From Azolla caroliniana (lineage: Eukaryota; Plantae; Polypodiophyta), in assembly GCA_043228905.1 (NCBI GenBank), contig JBHGNT010000178.1, positions 1 through 59,496 on the forward strand: DNA of 59,496 nucleotides. The letters run 5' to 3'. The notes beneath the pieces were generated by a model that saw only the letters and a program-made list of their open reading frames with translations, was not told where the DNA came from and ran no database searches. Position numbers and translations under genes: made by a program. Of this stretch, positions 1 through 11,600 are shown piece by piece. Each line of letters begins with the position of its first letter. Position 1 is the stretch's first letter.

Positions 1-3000
1 AGCCAGGTATGAACATTTTAATTTACTCAAGGGCTCCTCTCAACTCACTCCTCAAATTTGGTAATTCCGTCATGTATCTCGACCTGAGTTTCAAAATCTT
101 GATTTTTTAATTCCATATCAGAGCTAGCGTTGTTAGCTTCGATTCCCATGTTTGAACACAAAAATCCGATATCACACGTGCCAGGTATGAACATTTTCAT
201 TTACTCAAGGGCTCCTCTCAACTCACTACTCAAATTTGGTAATTTCGTCATGTCTCTCGACCTGAGTTTCAAAATCTTGATTTTTTAATTCCATATCATA
301 GCTAGCGTTGTTAGCTTCGATTCGCATGTTTGAACACAAAAATCTGATATGATACGAGCCAGGTATGAACATTTTAATTTACTCAAGGGCTCCTCTCAAC
401 TCACTCCTCAAATTTGGTAATTCCGTCATGTGTCTCGACCTGAGTTTCAAAATGTTGATTTTTTAATTCCGTATCATACCTAGCGTTGTTAGCTTCGATT
501 CGCATGTTTGACCACAAAAATCCGATATCACACGAGCCAAGTATGAACATTTTAATTTACCTCCTAGCTCTTCTCCACTCACTCCTCAAATTTGGTAATT
601 TCTTCAAGTCTCTCGACCTGAGTTTCAAAATCTTGATTTTTTAATTCCATATCATACCTAGCGTTGTTAGCTTCGATTCGCATGTTTGACCACAAAAATC
701 CGATATCACACGAGCCAGGTATGAACATTTTAATTTACCTCCTAGCTCTTCTCCACTCACTCCTCAAATTTGGTAATTTCTTCATGTCTCTCGACCTGAG
801 TTTCAAAATCTTGATTTTCTAATTCCATATCATAGCTAGCGTTGTTAGCTTCGATTCGCATGTTTGAACACAAAAATCCGATATTACAAGAGCCAGGTAT
901 GAACATTTTAATTTACTCAAGGGTTCCTCTCAACTCACTCCTCAAATTTGGTAATTCCGTCATGTATCTCGACCTGAGTTTTAAAATCTTGATTTTTTAA
1001 TTCCATATCAGAGCTACGTTGTTAGCTTCGATTCCCATGTTTGAACACAAAAATCCGATATTACACGAGCCAGGTATGAACATTTTCATTTACTCAAGGG
1101 CTCCTCTCAACTCACTCCTCAAATTTGGTAATTTCGTCATGTCTCTCGACCTGAGTTTCAAAATCTTGATTTTTTAACTCCATATCATAGCTAGCGTTGT
1201 TAGCTTCGATTCGCATGTTTGAACACAAAAATTCGATGTTACACGAGCCCGGTATGAACTATTTAATTTACCTCCTAGCTCTTCCTGAGTTTGCATGCGT
1301 TGTTAATTTACTCAAGGGCTCCTCTCAACTCACTCCTCAAATTTGGAAATTTCGTCATGTCTCTCGACCTGAGTTTCAAAATCTTGATTTTTTAATTCCA
1401 TATCATAGCTAGCGTTGTTAGCTTCGATTCGCATGTTTGAACACAAAAATCCGATATGATACGAGCCAGGTATTAACATTTTAATTTACTCAAGGGCTCC
1501 TCTCAACTCACTCCTCAAATTTGGTAATTCCGTCATGTATCTCGACCTGAGTTTTAAAATCTTGATTTATTAATTCCATATCATAGCTAGCGTTGTTAGC
1601 TTCGATTCGCATGTTTGAACACAAAAATCCGATATGATACGTGCCAGGTATGAACATTTTAATTTACTCAGGGCTCCTCTCAACTCACTCCTCAAATTTG
1701 GAAATTTCTTGATGTCTCTCGACCTGAGTTTCAAAATCTTGATTTTTTAATTCCATATCATAGCTAGCGTTGTTAGCTTCGATTCACATGTTTGAACACA
1801 AAAACCCTATATTACACGAGCCAGGTATGAACATTTTAATTTACTCAAGGGCTCCTCTCAACTCACTCCTCAAATTTGGTAATTCCGTCATGTATCTCGA
1901 CCTGAGTTTCAAAATCTTGATTTTTTAATTCCATATCAGAGCTAGCGTTGTTAGCTTCGATTCCCATGTTTGAACACAAAAATCCGATATCACACGTGCC
2001 AGGTATGAACATTTTCATTTACTCAAGGGCTCCTCTCAACTCACTACTCAAATTTGGTAATTTCGTCATGTCTCTCGACCTGAGTTTCAAAATCTTGATT
2101 TTTTAACTCCATATCATAGCTAGCGTTGTTAGCTTCGATTCGCATGTTTGAACACAAATTTCGATGTTACACGAGCCCGGTATGAACTATTTAATTTACC
2201 TCCTAGCTCTTCCTGAGTTTGCATGCGTTGTTATTTTACTCAAGGGCTCCTCTCAACTCACTCCTCAAATTTGGAAATTTCGTCATGTCTCTCGACCTGA
2301 GTTTCAAAATCTTGATTTTTTAATTCCAAATCATAGCTAGCGTTGTTAGCTTCGATTCGCATGTTTGAACACAAAAATCCGATATGATACGAGCCAGGTA
2401 TTAACATTTTAATTTACTCAAGGGCTCCTCTCAACTCACTCCTCAAATTTGGTAATTCCGTCATGTATCTCGACCTGAGTTTTAAAATCTTGATTTATTA
2501 ATTCCATATCATAGCTAGCGTTGTTAGCTTCGATTCGCATGTTTGAACACAAAAATCCGATATGATACGTGCCAGGTATGAACATTTTAATTTACTCAGG
2601 GCTCCTCTCAACTCACTCCTCAAATTTGGAAATTTCTTGATGTCTCTCGACCTGAGTTTCAAAATCTTGATTTTTTAATTCCATATCATAGCTAGCGTTG
2701 TTAGCTTCGATTCACATGTTTGAACACAAAAACCCTATATTACACGAGCCAGGTATGAACATTTTAATTTACTCAAGGGCTCCTCTCAACTCACTCCTCA
2801 AATTTGGTAATTCCGTCATGTATCTCGACCTGAGTTTCAAAATCTTGATTTTTTAATTCCATATCAGAGCTAGCGTTGTTAGCTTCGATTCCCATGTTTG
2901 AACACAAAAATCCGATATCACACGTGCCAGGTATGAACATTTTCATTTACTCAAGGGCTCCTCTCAACTCACTACTCAAATTTGGTAATTTCGTCATGTC

Positions 3001-3960
3001 TCTCGACCTGAGTTTCAAAATCTTGATTTTTTAATTCCATATCATAGCTAGCGTTGTTAGCTTCGATTCGCATGTTTGAACACAAAAATCTGATATGATA
3101 CGAGCCAGGTATGAACATTTTAATTTACTCAAGGGCTCCTCTCAACTCACTCCTCAAATTTGGTAATTCCGTCATGTGTCTCGACCTGAGTTTCAAAATG
3201 TTGATTTTTTAATTCCGTATCATACCTAGCGTTGTTAGCTTCGATTCGCATGTTTGACCACAAAAATCCGATATCACACGAGCCAAGTATGAACATTTTA
3301 ATTTACCTCCTAGCTCTTCTCCACTCACTCCTCAAATTTGGTAATTTCTTCAAGTCTCTCGACCTGAGTTTCAAAATCTTGATTTTTTAATTCCATATCA
3401 TACCTAGCGTTGTTAGCTTCGATTCGCATGTTTGACCACAAAAATCCGATATCACACGAGCCAGGTATGAACATTTTAATTTACCTCCTAGCTCTTCTCC
3501 ACTCACTCCTCAAATTTGGTAATTTCTTCATGTCTCTCGACCTGAGTTTCAAAATCTTGATTTTCTAATTCCATATCATAGCTAGCGTTGTTAGCTTCGA
3601 TTCGCATGTTTGAACACAAAAATCCGATATTACAAGAGCCAGGTATGAACATTTTAATTTACTCAAGGGTTCCTCTCAACTCACTCCTCAAATTTGGTAA
3701 TTCCGTCATGTATCTCGACCTGAGTTTTAAAATCTTGATTTTTTAATTCCATATCAGAGCTACGTTGTTAGCTTCGATTCCCATGTTTGAACACAAAAAT
3801 CCGATATTACACGAGCCAGGTATGAACATTTTCATTTACTCAAGGGCTCCTCTCAACTCACTCCTCAAATTTGGTAATTTCGTCATGTCTCTCGACCTGA
3901 GTTTCAAAATCTTGATTTTTTAACTCCATATCATAGCTAGCGTTGTTAGCTTCGATTCAC
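1..3960. repeat. Local higher-order duplications with periods of 2746 and 928 bp
   Basis: The private AAATGTTGA variant sits at 454 and 3200 (offset 2746). The patchwork insertion sits at 1285 and 2213 (offset 928). Confidence 0.8.
1190..1407. other. 218-bp variant monomer with a complex +40-bp junction (copies with junctions at ~2213, 4031, 4826, 7001, 7931)
   Basis: Reads CCTCCTAGCTCTTC-CTGAGTTT-GCATG-CGTTGTT-AATTTACTCAAGGG. Confidence 0.9.
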
Positions 3961-6900
3961 ATGTTTGAACACAAAAACCCTATATTACACGAGCCAGGTA
4001 TGAACATTTTAATTTACCTCCTAGCTCTTCCTGAGTTTGCATGCGTTGTTAATTTACTCAACCCTATATTACACGAGCCAGGTATGAACATTTTAATTTA
4101 CTCAAGGGCTCCTCTCAACTCACTCCTCAAATTTGGTAATTCCGTCATGTGTCTCGACCTGAGTTTCAAAATCTTGATTTTTTAATTCCGTATCATACCT
4201 AGCGTTGTTAGCTTCGATTCGCATGTTTGACCACAAAAATCCGATATCACACGAGCCAGGTATGAACATTTTAATTTACCTCCTAGCTCTTCTCCACTCA
4301 CTCCTCAAATTTGGTAATTTCTTCATGTCTCTCGACCTGAGTTTCAAAATCTTGATTTTTTAATTCCATATCATAGCTAGCGTTGTTAGCTTCGATTCGC
4401 ATGTTTGAACACAAAAATCCGATATTACACGAGCCAGGTATGAATATTTTAATTTACTCAAGGGCTCCTCTCAACTCACTCCTCAAATTTGGTAATTCCG
4501 TCATGTATCTCGACCTGAGTTTCAAAATCTTGATTTTTTAATTCCATATCAGAGCTACGTTGTTAGCTTCGATTCCCATGTTTGAACACAAAAATCCGAT
4601 ATTACACGAGCCAGGTATGAACATTTTCATTTACTCAAGGGCTCCTCTCAACTCACTCCTCAAATTTGGTAATTTCGTCATGTCTCTCGACCTGAGTTTC
4701 AAAATCTTGATTTTTTAACTCCATATCATAGCTAGCGTTGTTAGCTTCGATTCGCATGTTTGAACACAAAAATTCGATGTTACACGAGCCCGGTATGAAC
4801 TATTTAATTTACCTCCTAGCTCTTCCTGAGTTTGCATGCGTTGTTAATTTACTCAAGGGCTCCTCTCAACTCACTCCTCAAATTTGGAAATTTCGTCATG
4901 TCTCTCGACCTGAGTTTCAAAATCTTGATTTTTTAATTCCATATCATAGCTAGCGTTGTTAGCTTCGATTCGCATGTTTGAACACAAAAATCCGATATGA
5001 GACGAGCCAGGTATTAACATTTTAATTTACTCAAGGGCTCCTCTCAACTCACTCCTCAAATTTGGTAATTCCGTCATGTATCTCGACCTGAGTTTTAAAA
5101 TCTTGATTTTTTAATTCCATATCATAGCTAGCGTTGTTAGCTTCGATTCGCATGTTTGAACACAGAAATCCGATATGATACATGCCAGGTATGAACATTT
5201 TAATTTACTCAGGGCTGTTCTCAACTCACTCCACAAATTTGGAAATTTCGTCATGTCTCTCGACCTGAGTTTCAAAATCTTGATTTTTTAATTCCATATC
5301 ATAGCTAGCGTTGTTAGCTTCAATTCACATGTTTGAACACAAAAATCCGATATCACACGAGCCAGGTATGGACATTTTCATTCACTCAAGGGCTCCTCTC
5401 CACTACTTCCTCAAGTTTGCTAATTTCGTCATCTCTCTCGACCTGAGTTTCAAAATCTTGATTTTTTAATTCCATATCATAGCTAGCGTTGTTAGCTTCG
5501 ATTCGCATGTTTGAACACAAAAATCCGATATCACAGGAGCCAGGTATGAACTATTTAATTTACCTCCTAGCTCTTCCCAACTCACTCCTCACATTTGGTA
5601 ATTTCGTCATGTCTCTCGACCTGAGTGTCAAAATCTTGATTTTTTAATTCCATATCATAGGTAGCGTTGTTAGCTTCAATTCGCATGTTTGAACACAAAA
5701 ATCCGATATTACACGAGCCAGGTATGAACATTTTAATTTACTCAAGGGCTCCTCTCAACTCACTCCTCAAATTTGGTAATTTCGTCATGTCTCTCGACCT
5801 GAGTTTCAAAATCTTGATTTTTTAATTCCATAATATAGCTAGCGTTGTTAGCTTCGATTCGCATGTTTGAACACAAAAATTCGATATCACACAAGCCAGG
5901 TATGAACATTTTAATTTACCTCCTAGCTCTTCTGAACTCACTCCTCAAATTTGGTGATTTCATCATGTCTCTCGATCTGAGTTTCAAAATCTTGATTTTT
6001 TAATTCCATATCATAGCTAGCGTTGTTAGCTTCGATTCCCATGTTTGAACACAAAAATCTGATATGAGACGAGCCAGATATGAACATTTTAATTTACTCA
6101 TGGGCTCCTCCCAACTCACTCCTCAAATTTGGAAATTTCGTCATGTCTCTCGACCTGAGTTTCAAAATCTTGATTTTTTAATTCCATATCATAGCTAGCG
6201 TTGTTAGCTTCGATTCGTATGTTTGAACACAAAAATCCGATATGATACGAGCCAGGTATGAACCTTTTTGATTTACTCAAGGGCTCCTCTCAACTCACTC
6301 CTCAAATTTGGTAATTCCGTCATGTGTCTCGACCTGAGTTTCAAAATCTTGATTTTTTAATTCCGTATCATACCTATCGTTGTTAGCTTCGATTCGCATG
6401 TTTGAACACAAAAATCCGATATCACACGAGCCAGGTATGAACATTTTAATTTACCTCCTAGCTCTTCTCCACTCACTCCTCAAATTTGGTAATTTCTTCA
6501 TGTCTCTCGACCAGAGTTTCAAAATCTTGATTTTTTAATTCCATATCATAGCTAGCGTTGTTAGCTTCGATTCGCATGTTTGAACACAAAAATCCGATAT
6601 TACACGAGCCAGGTATGAACATTTTAATTTACTCAAGGGCTCCTCTCAACTCACTCCTCAAATTTGGTAATTCCGTCATGTATCTCGACCTGAGTTTCAA
6701 AATCTTGATTTTTTAATTCCATATCAGAGCTACGTTGTTAGCTTCGATTCCCATGTTTGAACACAAAAATCCGATATTACACGAGCCAGGTATGAACATT
6801 TTCATTTACTCAAGGGCTCCTCTCAACTCACTCCTCAAATTTGGTAATTTCGTCATGTCTCTCGACCTGAGTTTCAAAATCTTGATTTTTTAACTCCATA

Positions 6901-8663
6901 TCATAGCTAGCGTTGTTAGCTTCGATTCGCATGTTTGAACACAAAAATTCGATGTTACACGAGCCCGGTATGAACTATTTAATTTACCTCCTAGCTCTTC
7001 CTGAGTTTTCATGCGTTGTTAATTTACTCAAGGGCTCCTCTCAACTCACTCCTCAAATTTGGAAATTTCGTCATGTCTCTCGACCTGAGTTTCAAAATCT
7101 TGATTTTTTAATTCCGTATCATACCTATCGTTGTTAGCTTCGATTCGCATGTTTGAACACAAAAATCCGATATGATACGAGCCAGGTATGAACCTTTTTG
7201 ATTTACTCAAGGGCTCCTCTCAACTCACTCCTCAAATTTGGTAATTCCGTCATGTGTCTCGACCTGAGTTTCAAAATCTTGATTTTTTAATTCCGTATCA
7301 TACCTAGCGTTGTTAGCTTCGATTCGCATGTTTGAACACAAAAATCCGATATCACACGAGCCAGGTATGAACATTTTAATTTACCTCCTAGCTCTTCTCC
7401 ACTCACTCCTCAAATTTGGTAATTTCTTCATGTCTCTCGACCTGAGTTTCAAAATCTTGATTTTCTAATTCCATATCATAGCTAGCGTTGTTAGCTTCGA
7501 TTCGCATGTTTGAACACAAAAATCCGATATTACAAGAGCCAGGTATGAACATTTTAATTTACTCAAGGGCTCCTCTCAACTCACTCCTCAAATTTGGTAA
7601 TTCCGTCATGTATCTCGACCTGAGTTTTAAAATCTTGATTTTTTAATTCCATATCAGAGCTACGTTGTTAGCTTCGATTCCCATGTTTGAACACAAAAAT
7701 CCGATATTACACGTGCCAGGTATGAACATTTTCATTTACTCAAGGGCTCCTCTCAACTCACTCCTCAAATTTGGTAATTTCGTCATGTCTCTCGACCTGA
7801 GTTTCAAAATCTTGATTTTTTAACTCCATATCATAGCTAGCGTTGTTAGCTTCGATTCGCATGTTTGAACACAAAAATTCGATGTTACACGAGCCCGGTA
7901 TGAACTATTTAATTTACCTTCTAGCTCTTCCTGAGTTTGCATGCGTTGTTAATTTACTCAAGGGCTCCTCTCAACTCACTCCTCAAATTTGGAAATTTCG
8001 TCATGTCTCTCGACCTGAGTTTCAAAATCTTGATTTTTTAATTCCATATCATAGCTAGCGTTGTTAGCTTCGATTCGCATGTTTGAACACAAAAATCCGA
8101 TATGATACGAGCCAGGTATTAACATTTTAATTTACTCAAGGGCTCCTCTCAACTCACTCCTCAAATTTGGTAATTCCGTCATGTATCTCGACCTGAGTTT
8201 TAAAATCTTGATTTATTAATTCCATATCATAGCTAGCGTTGTTAGCTTCGATTCGCATGTTTGAACACAAAAATCCGATATGATACGTGCCAGGTATGAA
8301 CATTTTAATTTACTCAGGGCTCTTCTCAACTCACTCCACAAATTTGGAAATTTCGTCATGTCTCTCGACCTGAGTTTCAAAATCTTGATTTTTTAATTCC
8401 ATATCATAGCTAGCGTTGTTAGCTTCAATTCGCATGTTTGAACACAAAAATCCGATATCACACGAGCCAGGTATGGACATTTTCATTTACTCAAGGGCTC
8501 CTCTCCACTACTTCCTGAAGTTTGCTAATTTCGTCATCTCTCTCGACCTGAGTGTCAAAATCTTGATTTTTTACCTCCTAGCTCTTCTCCACTCACTCCT
8601 CAACTTTGGTAATTTCTTCAAGTCTCTCGACCTGAGTTTCAAAATCTTGATTTTTTAATTCCA

Positions 8664-11600
8664 TATCATACCTAGCGTTGTTAGCTTCGATTCACATGTT
8701 TGAACACAAAAACCCTATATTACACGAGCCAGGTATGAACATTTTAATTTACTCAAGGGCTCCTCTCAACTCACTCCTCAAATTTGGTAATTCCGTCATG
8801 TATCTCGACCTGAGTTTCAAAATCTTGATTTTTTAATTCCATATCAGAGCTAGCGTTGTTAGCTTCGATTCCCATGTTTGAACACAAAAATCCGATATCA
8901 CACGTGCCAGGTATGAACATTTTCATTTACTCAAGGGCTCCTCTCAACTCACTACTCAAATTTGGTAATTTCGTCATGTCTCTCGACCTGAGTTTCAAAA
9001 TATTGATTTTTTAATTCCATATCATAGCTAGCGTTGTTAGCTTCGATTCGCATGTTTGAACACAAAAATCTGATATGATACGAGCCAGGTATGAACATTT
9101 TAATTTACTCAAGGGCTCCTCTCAACTCACTCCTCAAATTTGGTAATTCCGTCATGTGTCTCGACCTGAGTTTCAAAATCTTGATTTTTTAATTCCGTAT
9201 CATACCTAGCGTTGTTAGCTTCGATTCGCATGTTTGACCACAAAAATCCGATATCACACGAGCCAAGTATGAACATTTTAATTTACCTCCTAGCTCTTCT
9301 CCACTCACTCCTCAAATTTGGTAATTTCTTCAAGTCTCTGGACCTGAGTTTCAAAATCTTGATTTTTTAATTCCATATCATAGCTAGCGTTGTTAGCTTC
9401 GATTCGCATGTTTGAACACAAAAATCCGATATCACACGAGCCAGGTATGAACTATTTAATTTACCTCCTAGCTCTTCTCAACTCACTCCTCAAATTTGGA
9501 AATTTTGTCATGTCTCTCGACCTGAGTTTCAAAATCTTGATTTTTTAATTCCATGTCATAGCTAGCGTTGTTAGCTTCGATTCGCATGTTTGAACACAAA
9601 AATCCGATATTACACGAGCCAGGTATGAACATTTTCATTTACTCAAGGGCTCCTCTCAACTCACTACTCAAATTTGGTAATTTCGTCATGTCTCTCGACC
9701 TGAGTTTCAAAATCTTGATTTTTTAATTCCATATCATAGCTAGCGTTGTTAGCTTCGATTCGCATGTTTGACCACAAAAATTCGATATCACAAAAGCCAG
9801 GTATGAACATTTTAATTTACCTCCTAGCGTTGTTAGCTTCGATTCGCATGTTTGAACACAAAAACCCTATATTACACGAGCCAGGTATGAACATTTTAAT
9901 TTACTCAAGGGCTCCTCTCAACTCACTCCTCAAATTTGGTAATTCCGTCATGTATCTCGACCTGAGTTTCAAAATCTTGATTTTTTAATTCCATATCAGA
10001 GCTAGCGTTGTTAGCTTCGATTCCCATGTTTGAACACAAAAATCCGATATCACACGTGCCAGGTATGAACATTTTCATTTACTCAAGGGCTCCTCTCAAC
10101 TCACTACTCAAATTTGGTAATTTCGTCATGTCTCTCGACCTGAGTTTCAAAATATTGATTTTTTAATTCTATATCATAGCTAGCGTTGTTAGCTTCGATT
10201 CGCATGTTTGAACACAAAAATCTGATATGATACGAGCCAGGTATGAACATTTTAATTTACTCAAGGGCTCCTCTCAACTCACTCCTCAAATTTGGTAATT
10301 CCGTCATGTGTCTCGACCTGAGTTTCAAAATCTTGATTTTTTAATTCCGTATCATACCTAGCGTTGTTAGCTTCGATTCGCATGTTTGACCACAAAAATC
10401 CGATATCACACGAGCCAAGTATGAACATTTTAATTTACCTCCTAGCTCTTCTCCACTCACTCCTCAAATTTGGTAATTTCTTCAAGTCTCTGGACCTGAG
10501 TTTCAAAATCTTGATTTTTTAATTCCATATCATAGCTAGCGTTGTTAGCTTCGATTCGCATGTTTGAACACAAAAATCCGATATCACACGAGCCAGGTAT
10601 GAACTATTTAATTTACCTCCTAGCTCTTCTCAACTCACTCCTCAAATTTGGAAATTTTGTCATGTCTCTCGACCTGAGTTTCAAAATCTTGATTTTTTAA
10701 TTCCATGTCATAGCTAGCGTTGTTAGCTTCGATTCGCATGTTTGAACACAAAAATCCGATATTACACGAGCCAGGTATGAACATTTTCATTTACTCAAGG
10801 GCTCCTCTCAACTCACTACTCAAATTTGGTAATTTCGTCATGTCTCTCGACCTGAGTTTCAAAATCTTGATTTTTTAATTCCATATCATAGCTAGCGTTG
10901 TTAGCTTCGATTCGCATGTTTGACCACAAAAATTCGATATCACAAAAGCCAGGTATGAACATTTTAATTTACCTCCTAGCGTTGTTAGCTTCGATTCGCA
11001 TGTTTGAACACAAATATACGATATCACATGAGCCAAGTATGAACTATTTAATTTACCTCCTAGCTCTTCTCAACTCACTCCTCAAATTTGGAAATTTTGT
11101 CATGTCTCTCGACCTGAGTTTCAAAATCTTGATTTTTTAATTCCATATCATAGCTAGCGTTGTTAGCTTCGATTCACATGTTTGAACACAAAAACCCTAT
11201 ATTACACGAGCCAGGTATGAACATTTTAATTTACTCAAGGGCTCCTCTCAACTCACTCCTCAAATTTGGTAATTCCGTCATGTGTCTCGACCTGAGTTTC
11301 AAAATCTTGATTTTTTAATTCCGTATCATACCTAGCGTTGTTAGCTTCGATTCGGATGTTTGACCACAAAAATCCGATATCACACGAGCCAAGTATGAAC
11401 ATTTTAATTTACCTCCTAGCTCTTCTCCACTCACTCCTCAAATTTGGTAATTTCTTCATGTCTCTCGACCTGAGTTTCAAAATCTTGATTTTTTAATTCC
11501 ATATCATAGCTAGCGTTGTTAGCTTCGATTCGCATGTTTGAACACAAAAATCCGATATAATACGAGCCAGGTATGAACATTTTGATTTACTCAAGGGCTC

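Noticed and set aside
409-465. Short dyads in every monomer (CAAATTTG; AAAATC-TT-GATTTT) as terminators or structured RNA
   Set aside because: They are too short and AT-rich to support a functional call, and there is no evidence of transcription.
301-478. 5S rDNA, tRNA or SINE-derived tandem unit
   Set aside because: I saw no recognisable 5S or tRNA sequence and no convincing Pol III A/B/C boxes.
1660-1680. 177-bp monomers with TTTACTCAGGG, which contains the same TCAGGG as the telomere junctions
   Set aside because: This is a simple 1-bp deletion of CTCAAGGG. Neither telomere junction lies at this position.
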